Shown here: positions 25,885-57,830 of the stretch, one piece after another | Numbering within the stretch: position 1 is the stretch's first letter | How the letters are laid out: each line of letters opens with the position of its first letter | Assembly (NCBI RefSeq): GCF_048593235.1 | Contig: NC_133620.1 | Coordinates: 295,941,765-296,005,764 of the forward strand | Direction of reading: 5' to 3' | Length of the DNA: 64,000 nt | DNA from: Sminthopsis crassicaudata | Lineage: Eukaryota | Position numbers and translations under genes: made by a program | The notes under the pieces: model-generated | The model's input: only the letters and a program-made list of their open reading frames with translations | The model's database searches: none | Told to the model about the DNA's origin: nothing

Positions 25885-26358
25885 TGTAATGCCGGACAAA
25901 CTAAGGCAAGATAGAGATTAGAGAGTTTTTGATATTTTATTTGAAAGGGAGAGATTGTGTTGGGGGCACACTGCCCCCAGGGCTGATGTCCAAAGCATCC
26001 AGCAAACAACGTGAGTTCTCAATGATATATATAGGTGGCTCAGTTACAGGGATAAACTGAGACAGGGGTGGAGTCAGAGTGCTGAGAGTGGGAAGGGGAC
26101 CAGCAATCTGATTCTGACAGGGTTGGGGGAGGCACAGAACATTCTGATAAATTAGAATGGGGAGAGGCACCTAACATTCTGATGATGTCTAAGATAGAAA
26201 GTCTCTCTCTTTATCTGGATCATCATGATTAGAGGTAGGGGTGGTGTTGCAGGATTGAACAGAACTGTGAGGAACTGAGGCAGAACAATTCAGGGAAACT
26301 GAGTCAGGACAATTAGGGAAACTGAGTCAGGACAATAAAAGGGAACTGTGGCACAACA
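25885..26358 (-). mobile_element. Solo LTR inserted in exon 2 of the PPP1R2-like pseudogene
   Basis: On the minus strand it reads TGTTGTG...tandem 22-nt unit carrying TGACTCA twice...CTATATATA...AAATAAAA...GGCATTACA, the classic U3-R-U5 order. It splits MNILA from HPLGKDY. Confidence 0.85.
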
Positions 26359-28721
26359 GCCATCCATTGGGCAAGGACTATAGACTTCTGAAAGGGATGA
26401 GCCCACTACACCCCTACCATAGGTCACAAGCCAAACCCAGGCCCTTATGTACTAAGTACTTGGAAAGCAGGACTATGATCTTGCCTGAGAGAGGCCTCAC
26501 AGCCACCCTTCTCCTCAGGGTCCCCTGGGGCTTCAGACTAGTGGAGTTTGAGGAAGGGTTAGTCTGGATAGATGCATATGTGCATGCTTCTTTCTCCCGA
26601 AAGGCACTCACCTTTCTTCCCAGCCACACCCCACATGCTTAGGCTGGAAGACTGTCATCTGAAGGCAGGAATTTCACAGGCAGTATCACCTGAAGTGCTT
26701 GCTGAGAGAGGAGTGCTCCCTGGCCTCAGCTCTCCTTGATAAAGGACCCAGGAAAGTCTGGCCAGCATCCAACCTTTGGATCCATTGAGGCTCCTTTCAG
26801 GGATTCATATAATAGAAAAAAACTCTATAACTCTTAGCAGGCTCTGGCATTAAACAGTTGGTGATAGTCATCTGCCTTTGGGAGATGTTGGGATGTTGGG
26901 AGTTGTAACTTTCTCTTCCCATTAGGAGGCCCTCTATCACCACCACTGCTATCTGCCTTCCCCCCTTCCAGGGTCCCCAGCACCCTCTCCCCACCTCTCT
27001 GGGGTTGCATCATTGGACAATTTTTGCTCCTAAGTTCTTCAGTTTGGAGATAACAAGAACACAGGCTCCAAGGAAAAGTTAACATCTAAAAAAAATGAGA
27101 CTTTTAAGGCAGGGCTGGGGCAGTGGTTGTGAAGTTCTGTTATTAGCCCTAAAGCCTTACATCTCATTCCACAGTGCAGAAAGATTTTGAGTGGCATTGT
27201 AAGGCTCACTATGATGAAGGGAAGTACCTCAAATCTCAGAGACTAGCTGCACAGGATGATGAAGAAGAGCCCTCAGATAAATTGGTTATCTCTAGGTCTC
27301 CCAAGAAAACAGTTGTCCTACTTAAACTCTAAGGAAGGATCCTAGATCCCAACTAGATCCCCAGTGTTGTAGAAAGGAAAGACAGGAGGGGGCTTTTAAA
27401 AATAAAGGAAACAGTAGGATAAGGAATGGCTGAGATTGACCAAGAACTATCATATAGTAACAACCTAAGAATTTAAATAACCTTAATATTCATCTGAGGG
27501 ACTCAAGGGAAAAGACAAGCAGAATTGGCTGATATACTTAGTCCTGGGTCCAAGTCTGAGTCTCTGAAAGTAGAGGAGAAGGTAGAGATAGAAAGTATGA
27601 GAGTATCCATAATTTGAAGAAATAGGGATGGGGGAGGCGTGAAGTTACATGCACTGGAATAGAGCTATATAAAATCCATCATATATAGTTGCATATTCCA
27701 ATTCCCTACTTCCATAGGAATCAATTGAGCTTGTATGTATTGAGGATCATGATTTTACCTCTTTTCTTCATTTACCTTCAAAGATTAGGTTCTCCTAAAA
27801 AGCTCTGTGGGGGAAGAGACTCTAGACAGAGAAAGGGGCCTAATATTTCTCATCCCCTCCAGAGTAAAAGAGCCATGAAGTGGGAGGGTGTAAAGACCTC
27901 ATGGGGGTCTTCCCAATGAAGAGGGACAAAAAAAAAAAGGTTTAACAAAGAAGAGAAAAATTTAACTGAAGGGTTGGTATAGCCATCCTAAAATGGGGGA
28001 AGTAAATGAAATTTTGCTGTTCTGTCTGATTTTTTGCAAACCAATTTGGGGTTTTCTTGGCAAAAATATGGGAGTGGTTTGCTAGTTTCTTTCTCAGTTC
28101 ATTTCACAGGTGAAAAACTGAATCATATAGGGTGAAGTGACTTGCTCAAGATCATTGAGCTAATAAGTATTTGAAGCCTTCTTTGAACTCCAGAAGAGTT
28201 GGGTCATAGAAGATCACTTCAGGGCTGGCATTCTATTGTACTATATGGTTGCTCCTAGATCAGACAAATTACTTGGAACTTCCCAGGGTGGGAAGTGAGC
28301 AATGGGTATCTGATAAAGAAGAGTTTGGTAGTGAGGAAGTCCTAGAGTTGGTAAAGAGGAAGCCTTAGTTAAGCTAAGAAGGAATCCTCAGATACCTTGT
28401 CCCAGCCCCCACTAGAGCAGCAGTTTGATCAACATTGGAAGAAATGTTACAGCAAAGATACATACTTGAAGGTAGCCATACCCACAGATCCAGAAGAGGA
28501 TACAAAGAGCAGAAAGATGGTGAAGCAGCCCTGTGTTGTGGGAGGAAGAGTGGAATAAGTCAAGAGGACCAAGAATTTTTAGTACCAGCTCTGGAACTGA
28601 CTTGCTTTGTGTGTGACCTTCAAGTCCATTTTGTAATCTGGGTCTCAATTTTGTCATGTGTAAAATAGAGGTTAGATTTAATGTAGCCTAGCTATCTCTT
28701 CTAGATGTAATATTTTATAAT

Positions 28722-29332
28722 TGTTAGGTTGGAGGCAGAGTATCTATTCAGTTCTAAGATTTTCTATTCAATTCCAGCTCAAATTCCATTCACCAGCCCT
28801 CATGGGGAGCAGGCCTCAGCTTGTAGCCAAAGGCTTCTATTATAAAAAGAGCCATTTTAAAATCAAATCCTTGCAGAGGACCTAACATGCCATTCTATGC
28901 CAAGGAAAACTCTCTTTCAGCGTTATCCTCTCTTTATCCTCACTTATTTCCCTAATGAGACTTTATATCTCTCTGTCAGGATCTCTCCACTAGAAACTTT
29001 ACTTCTCTGCCAGGACCTCTGCCACTAAGGAGTCAGTCTTTTTATTCATGCATAGCCAAGGCTGACTTCCCAAAGCCTATAGCAAACTTCCTTTTATCAG
29101 TCTAGCTTTTCGGGTTCGTAAATTCCTTTATGAAGGACCTCTGCACTGCCAGAAGAGAGTTCCCACAACTCCTTACCTTTGGCTGATCCTAAAGGGGATT
29201 TAGGGGAACCAAACCTCTTCATTTGGTTCCCTGAATCCCTGAACCTGCCACTAACCTCATCATCTAACTCCCTGACCATCATTTGGTTCCCTGACCAGGA
29301 ATTGAGAGGAGACTACCCTGAATCTAATCTCA
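28722..29332 (+). mobile_element. Solo LTR (ERV-like), related to 24395-25118
   Basis: TGTTAGG...CTCA with near-TSD ataat/ttaat, TATA-like TATAAAAAG, and internal similarity to 24395-25118. Confidence 0.75.
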
Positions 29333-31559
29333 TTAATAGCACATGCATTTTTAGGTAGTATTAACAGGTGGAGTGCTAGGCAGGCCTAGAGTCAGAATAT
29401 TCAGTTCATATTTTTCCTCAGACACTAACTACGTGATCCTGGCCAATTCACTGAACCTCTGTTTGTCCATATTTTCTCAACTTTAAAATGAGAATAACAG
29501 CTCTCAGATTTGTTGAGATGTGTTTAAAATATTTAGTGTAATGCCTGACACAAGGTAGATGCTATATAAAAGCTTATTTCTTTCCCCTTCCCCAACAAGA
29601 TTCAACAGTGCCTCTGATGAGTTATTTGGAAGGCTTTGATTCTAAGCAATATAAAGGTTTCTGCCATAAAAATGTAGGCCTATATTTAAAATCATTTAAA
29701 AATGTCCCTTGGTTTCCATGCCCTTTCCCCTGTCCCTCTACAAGGATATGGATTAAGTTTTTTAGTTAAAAAAAAAAAAAGATAACTTTTCCAAAATATT
29801 TAAAGGTAACATCAATATTACTGATAGATGGGGGCACAAATGTCAATTGTGTTTTAATCTTAGAATGTGGAAATCTTACAATGCATTCCATTCCCTATCC
29901 CATTCCCCAATTGTTTTGCTCTAGACATCTTGCCTAATTCTAATCCTAATTCTACTCCTTCCTCTCTTCTTCCAATCAACCAATATCCTTTTCTGACCCT
30001 TCCAGTTACCATATTCTTTCTAGGTTCCACTTCCTCTTTCACTTCCTACTAATGTAGCCTAGGGATCTCAACAACTTCCCAGGCACAGCCTTAATCCAGA
30101 AGCACAACGGGTCCCCTGTGATATCTGGCTGGTGTCATTGGCTGGTAACCAAGGAACTGAACCGGAAGAGCCCAGGGACTTCAGACAAAGATGCTGAGAG
30201 GACCAGAATGAAGGCATGAGTCATAGGGTGGTGTTGGGTCTGGGATATACTGGGAGGTGGGAGGTGGAAAGGAGATGGAAAGCTGCATGTGACTTGCAAG
30301 TGAGAGGTCACAGTTAAACTGGGGCAGAGGCACTGGCAATTTTCCTTTCTCACTGCATGAGGCCTTCTTACCCCAATGTGTATATGATGTGCCTTATAAA
30401 ACTGAGCAGAAAGGTGATGTCTTGTGTCATTTCTGTGAGTTGGTGGATAGAGCAAGAAAGCCCAGGCTTAAGTCTCAGCATGGTCTCTCCCTAGCTGTAA
30501 GCCCAATGGGAAGTTCCTTCAACTCTCTTTAAGTTTCAATTGAGTCACTTGTAAAAGGGGAATAATTATATATTGTGACCAAAATAAATAATGTATGTAA
30601 AAATGCCTTATGTGTATAATAGGGTTCTCTGAAAATGCAGCAGCATTAAGAAAAACAATAGATATAAAGATGGGAGCTTCCCTCTCCTTTTCAGAATTTC
30701 CTTTTGAGAATGTGCAGGTGTATTCTATTCCCCACCTATCCCCAACATCCCTCTCCCTAACTCTAACTCCAAATAATTTCCCTCACCTTCCAGATGATAC
30801 ACTTCATCTACACTGGAGTCAGGAGGAGAACTGTTCAACGGAAGATGTAGCAGACTCAGATCCTTCAACTGGGGGAAGAAGGGGATGGGGGGCACTACAG
30901 ACACCCCACCTATCCAGGTCATGGCTCCCCAGAGATGGCAATTTAAAAAAAAAGAGGAGTCAGGAATCTAAGTGCCTGGGATTCAACGAATAGGTTGAAT
31001 GCTAGGCAATAAGAAAATGGTAGTAGAGCAGGGAGGGATCTTGAGAAAAGTGTGGAAGGGAAAACAGGATTATACAAAAAGGTCCAGGAAGTGAGGTACA
31101 TGGTACATTAACTATGGGTGTAATGGTAACATAAAATTGGAAAATCTGGAAACAAAACAGAGACTTGGAGAAATTGCAGGAGTAGGAAAGAACAAAGGAT
31201 GGGAATGAAGGACACAGAAACTCGGGGATCTAGGAAAGGAAGCTATATCACTGGGCAGACACCCTGAAAGGGGTGGGACCAGCTACTTCTCTTATCTCAG
31301 ACCTCCACCAATCTCAGGCCCCACCTTCTGCCCCTCCCAGTCAATTCTGACCCAGTTGGCTGAAAGCCTCTTCATTTGTAGCCCCTTTCCCCCCTGGGGT
31401 TAGAGAAACCTCTTCCCCATAGTCCCTCCTGCCCCTGAGATAGACACTTTTTCTCCTTAAACTCTTACATCATCCCTTTCCTCCCCTCTGGGGAGAGCCT
31501 GTTCTGTATTTCCAGTTCCACCTCAGAGAGAGTTAGCCCTCTTCTCCAGAGCACCCAAG

Positions 31560-52886
<21,327 letters not shown>

Positions 52887-52931
52887 ACCAGAGAGCTAAA
52901 CCCTCAAACTCCTTCCTTTGGAATAATTCAC

Positions 52932-52937
52932 ATTAAA
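52932..52937 (+). terminator. ACAP1 polyadenylation signal ATTAAA
   Basis: Variant hexamer 45 nt after the ACAP1 stop. Confidence 0.55.
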
Positions 52938-53299
52938 ATGATCTCTCAACTACCTACATGTCCACTGTACCTATGTTGGGATGGGAGTGAAAGGTGTGTG
53001 TGTGAATTGAGGGAAGGATAAAAGTGGAGCTGGGGGGACCTGACGCCAAGGAATTCTAGGGCAGGTGTTGGGGACCACCAGCTCAAGATGTTTCAGAAGA
53101 CCCTTAGTTCTGGGGTGAAGCCCATGTAGTGAGACATGTAGTCACCAGACTGGTCAGTCAGGTAGGAAGTGGCGACCCTTCCTCCTGGGGAGTGAGGTTT
53201 CCCCATCCCAGAACTAGAGTGGGGCTCAGCTAGCCCAGGTGTCTCGCCCCAGGGTCCAGCCCCGGATTTCCCCCTTTTTTTCCTAGAGGCTCAGGCATT

Positions 53300-54900
53300 T
53301 ACTTCCCCGTTCCTCCCAAATCTTGATCCCTTCCCCAAAAGGGAAACACATGGAGAACTATTTCCAGGGTTACTTTCAGGACCGAGGTTCCCAGTTTCCC
53401 TAACCCCATTCTCCCCAGACACCCGAAATGTGACGTCTCAGCACTTCTGCCTCCTGTAATTCCGTCCCTATCTTCTCCGGGGGAATTTTCTTGAAACGAA
53501 AACCATGAGCTCCAGTGCGCTGCAGTCTAAGACTTCAAGGTCTTTAGGAACGCTGTGGGCAGTTCGGGTGGCGCTGGGCCGACAGAAATGCTTTCTGAGT
53601 TGCTGTGGGGCAAGCAGCGCAGTAGGCCCAGCAGACTCAGAAGAGGAAGGAAATGCAGAGGCCACCTAGCCATCCATTCCCGGTACGACGTTAGCGCTGC
53701 GTCTTCTCTCGGCTGCGAGAAGCCTGAGCTACCTCTGTCCCTCCAGAGTTTGAGAAGTCTCTCTCCTGACTGACCGGCCCCCCGCTCCAGCCGGCTCTCT
53801 CCCGTCCCCTTCGGTGCCCAGACTTGCGGGAGGGGAGGTGTCTGATCAAAACTTGGCCCTCCTCCCCAGCCTCCAAGGAGCTGCAACTCATTTCTAACGC
53901 TGCCTCTTCCCTAGTCCCTTCCTTCTCTCCTCCCCTCCCCTCCCCATTCCAGGGGCGGGAGAGCACCGGCCAGCTAAGCGCTTGTCCCCAAAAGGGAGAA
54001 CTAGCCCCTACGGCTGGAGGAGGGCGGGGGTGAGAGTGGGGGTGGAGAGGGGTAGGGCTCCAGGGGCCTGGCCTGTCTCTTAAAGGGCCCATCACGTCTG
54101 CGTTGTTACTTTTACTTCCTGAAGAGCAGAGGACCGAACTTGCCGAAGACGCTGGGGAGCCCATCCCGAGCCCGGGCCCCGAAATTCAGGGTCCAGACCG
54201 GCTCTTTGGCACCATTCCCACCCCTGCCGAATTTGGAGCGAGCCCTGAAGCCGACTGCAGGGACGGCCTGGCCACCCCACCCCATCCCTGAAGTCCCTGC
54301 CCTTTCCAGCCTCCCTCCGGCACCCCACCTCCCTGACTTGGAAATTGGAAACGGCTGGAAGTTTGGACTTGCTCCCCAAAATACCGACGCTAACTCTAGG
54401 ATATCCGCTCCTGGGGACTAAGGACGCCCTCTGCAAGCCACTCCCCCCCCCAAAAAAAGACTGCATTGGTTATCCAGAAATCAGCCTTTACACCGCCGAT
54501 CTGTCGGCTGGACCCCTGAAATTTAATCTTCAGGTAGCCCAGGAAAACCCTCCATTCATATCTGGAGTGCTCGGAGTCTAGCATTTCCGGAGCGACGGGC
54601 AGCTGTTTATTTCACACTAGCTGGCCTCTGCCCCCAGTTTGGGTCGACATCCCCAACGAGCTGTGGGGCAGCCAAGCTGCCTCCTCCCCTTGGGGTCAGC
54701 CGCGGGACTGCTCTATAGTCCCCGACTTCACTGAAAACACTCCCCGCTGTAGATGTGGCCCGGCGCTGCCGGGGAGGCAGCTTCGGGGTGCCCCTAGCTC
54801 ACTCGGTACTTCGAGCACCGCTGCTGTGAAGCTACAGATCAGCGCCTCCCAGACTCCCGCCAAAAGCCCAGCCTCTCCCCAGCCGCGTGCTCGGGTGCGA
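53300..54900 (+). promoter_or_regulatory. KCTD11 CpG-rich promoter / 5'UTR
   Basis: CpG-rich block from the ACAP1 3' end into the KCTD11 CDS, with a CRE-like TGACGTC near 53431. Confidence 0.6.
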
Positions 54901-54921
54901 TTCAAAATTCCTCCCCCTCCC

Positions 54922-55722
54922 ATGCCCTCCCAGGCACCCTCTTTTGGGGGGCCCGTGACACTAAATGTGGGAGGAACCCTGTATGCTACCACCTTGGAGA
55001 CTCTGACTCGGTTCCCAGACTCCATGCTGGGAGCCATGTTCCGCGAGGGCGCGGCGCTGCCGCCCAATTCCGGCTCTCAGGCTAGCAACTACTACTTTAT
55101 CGATCGGGACGGAAAAGCCTTTCGTCACATCCTGAACTTCCTGCGCCTGGGCTGCCTGGACTTGCCGAGGGGGTATGGGGAGACGGCGCTCCTGAGAGCC
55201 GAGGCTGACTTCTACCAGATCCAGCCCCTGCTGGAAGCACTGCGGGAGCTGGAGGTGACGCAGGGCACCGAGGTGATCTCGGCTGCCCTGTTTCACGCAG
55301 ATGTGGACGCCACCCCCAGACTGGTCCACTTCTCCGCTCGCCGAGGCCCCCACCACTACGAGCTCAGCGCTGCTCGCGTGGACACCTTCAGAGCCAACGT
55401 CTTCTGCACAGACCCCCGCGGTCTCGGGGCGCTCCGAGCCCGGTTCGGAGTCGCCGAAGGGGGAGGAGAAGGAAGTCCCCATTTCCATTTGGAATGGGCT
55501 CCCCGCCCAGAAGGGCTCCCGGAGGCTGAGTACCGGCGTCTGGGATTGCAGCAACTGTGGGTAGTAGGAGAGGCTGGTGAGAAGCGCGAGGTGCTGGGGA
55601 CGGCCGGCTTCTTGGAGGAAGTGCTCCAGGTGGCTCTAGAACACGGCTTTCGCCTTGACTCTGTCTTCCCCGATCCCGAGGACCTGCTGAACTCCCGATC
55701 GCTGCGTTTTGTCCGGCATTGA
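54922..55722 (+). CDS. KCTD11: BTB/POZ domain protein KCTD11 (REN/KCASH1); 266 aa from AUG 54922, 271 aa from AUU 54907, 232 aa from AUG 55024
   Basis: Single-exon ORF: FGGPVTLNVGGTLYATTLETLTRFPDSMLGAMFR...YFIDRDGKAFRHILNFLRLG (BTB)...DPEDLLNSRSLRFVRH*. It lies in the syntenic position after ACAP1. Confidence 0.97.
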   Translation: MPSQAPSFGGPVTLNVGGTLYATTLETLTRFPDSMLGAMFREGAALPPNSGSQASNYYFIDRDGKAFRHILNFLRLGCLDLPRGYGETALLRAEADFYQIQPLLEALRELEVTQGTEVISAALFHADVDATPRLVHFSARRGPHHYELSAARVDTFRANVFCTDPRGLGALRARFGVAEGGGEGSPHFHLEWAPRPEGLPEAEYRRLGLQQLWVVGEAGEKREVLGTAGFLEEVLQVALEHGFRLDSVFPDPEDLLNSRSLRFVRH

Positions 55723-57329
55723 AAGAAAGAGTCAATAAAGTTGGGAGTGCAATCCCGCCATACTCACAGACCCAAAAGTCCTACATCTGGACCTTATGAA
55801 ATGACTTGGAGGAGGTCGGAGCTATGAGAGTTAAGGGGGACTCCCAGTCTGTCTCTTGACTGGAGCTTCAATCCGCGAAAGAAATAGGAAATTGGAAAAA
55901 CCACCCCTCCCTCCCTTCCAACCTAATTTTATCAGATTACCTAGAAGGGCAAGAGGTTTCGTGGGGAGGCGCCCCTCTGGTCCTCTGACTTAAGAGAAGA
56001 AAAAGATCTTAACGGAATCTCAGATTGGGGGTTGGGGTGGGGGAAGGAGGGCTGGGGAAAACCAAGTATTATCCATAAACTCCGGTGTTAACAAGTACTG
56101 GTTGACTGACTAATGGGTGGTTCCACTCCCCACCTCACCCCTATGTCTCATGCTGACAGGGTGTGGGGGAGCTGAAGTCTTGCGGGGTACAACGCTTTAT
56201 GTCTCTGAATGGCAAAAGAATCTGTCATTTGTCTTTTGATCTCTGACTGTGCTCCCTTTCCAGTTTTTGGACTTGTCTAGGCCTGTTCTGGAGGACACCT
56301 TTATGTGAAATGATTGGATTGGCCCAGGGCGTAGGCACTTGGGTTCCTTCAGTGGACAGGTAGAAGACTTATTTTTGAATTACAGGGTGGCAATGTGACT
56401 ATGCCTCTGCAGCCCTCTGTCAGTGTGGAGAGAATCCGGGAGAGCCTGGAGGCAGAAACTACAGGCCTAGTTGGGCTGATGAAGCTATTTCGTATTTATT
56501 GGTTGTTATAGCAACCATGATGGTGATGCTAGGATTCACTATAGTAAAAGGAAGAGAAATTTAATTCAACAAACTTATGAAGAGAGGGGGGAAAATGGAA
56601 TATTTACTCTCCCATTTTGCACAGATTCTTTTCCAGGAAGAGTCACTATTTATTGTTCATATCTAATAAGAAATGCCTAAAAATAATTAAAAAAAACTTT
56701 TTGAACTACAAATTTGTGAAATCTGTGGGAGATGGGGAAGAACCAGAGTGGGTATATGAAGAGGTGTATTGGGAATTAAATATGCTATAGAGTTGGGACT
56801 AGGTATTTTTTCACTTGGGACAAAAAACCTTTGGAAAGAGATAGTGGTGACAGAGGACAGTATGACCATGTTTGCAGCTGTGTCAGGAGAGGGAGTGGCT
56901 CTATTCTTATTTGAAATGGAGAGGAAGGGAATCTTTTTGGAGAGAGAGACCAAAGTGATGAAATGTTGAGCATGTTGGATGGAGCTAGGTGAGAGAGTAG
57001 ACAGAGGTGTGGTAGTTTCTGAACTACTACTAGGAGTACACATCCTGAACAAAGCTCCAGCTGCCCTATCTTAGTTACAGTTCTATAAACAAAAATATCT
57101 GTGGGCTACTCTGGAACTTACTAGTATAACTTGTGTTTCTACTTGACCTGTTTCTCTTCTTAAATTGTTTTGCCCTAGATCTGGGGAGATGATTCACAAA
57201 GAAAATGACTAATAGAAATACAGCAATTTCTGATCATTGCATGAGAAATTCATTAACCTCTCCCTTGATTCAAGTGTAAAATCATAAATCAGGCTACAGT
57301 AATGGAATATGATTTGTCCCATTCTTTCT

Positions 57330-57830
57330 TACCCTATTCCACCCCACCCTATATCCATTTTCTTGCTAAAAGCCTGTTGATTGTACCTTCATATATTTTC
57401 TCTCCCATCACATTGCCACGACTGTGGTACAGGCTCTTTACCACCTCAAGCGGGCACTATTAACAATAGCCTATTGGAGGGTCTGCCAGCCTCACAAGTC
57501 TTACCATATTATTCCCTGTCCCTTGACCCCCATTCATTAGCATCCTCCAGAGTCAAACACTAAATCTTCTACTTAGCTTCTAAAGTCATTTATGCCTTGG
57601 CTCCTTCCTACCTTTCCAGTCTTAACACCACTCCTTTCTATGATCCCTATCTCTAATCTCCTTGCTATTCCCTGAAAAACATTTCATCTTCCAACTTTGT
57701 CTTTTTTTCTCTGGCTGCTCCTGTTGCCTGGAATTCTCTCCCTCCTTATCTCTGCCTCCTGGCTTCCTTCACTGTCTGCTTAAAAATCTCACCTTTTACA
57801 AACAGTTTTTCTCACTTTATATAAGCCCTC
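57330..57830 (+). mobile_element. Ancient L2-like LINE fragment
   Basis: ...gactgtggtacaggctcttt...ttaacaatagcctattggagggtctgccagcctc...ttatgccttggctccttcctaccttt resembles the L2 3' region. Confidence 0.5.

Larger units (their letters stand above)
24226..27332 (+). pseudogene. Unprocessed pseudogene of a protein phosphatase inhibitor-2 (PPP1R2-family) gene, probable orthologue of mouse 2810408A11Rik
   Basis: Exon-like pieces in IPP-2 motif order. 24226-24284 MQPRGILKNN... (GILK motif, phase-2 GT). 25843-25884 plus 26359-26422 KKSQHWDKMNILA..HPLGKDYRLLK..DEPTTP..YH (AG acceptor, GT donor), split by an LTR. 26643-26708 RLEDC...VSPEVLAER with no GT donor. About 27003-27090 ASLDNFCS*VLQFGDNKN with a TAA and no AG acceptor. 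27175 onward QKDFEWHCKAHYDEGKYLKS (HYNEG-like), stop at 27330-27332. Confidence 0.85.

Noticed and set aside
26537-26604. Alternative candidate for pseudogene exon 3 (RLVEFEEGLVW...)
   Set aside because: No similarity to inhibitor-2-family sequence; 26643-26708 fits better.
25119-28721. Possible proviral internal region between the two related LTRs
   Set aside because: No gag/pol/env-like ORFs or primer-binding site seen; the interval holds host pseudogene exons and older SINEs.
29599-29656. Candidate extra exon of the PPP1R2-like locus
   Set aside because: In-frame TAA at 29643-29645 and no convincing motif similarity.
53468-54584. Cluster of 60-157 aa ORFs on both strands
   Set aside because: Expected in a GC-rich promoter; low complexity, with no splice-consistent structure or known motifs.
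54961-55554. 197-aa minus-strand ORF
   Set aside because: Antisense shadow of the GC-rich KCTD11 CDS.
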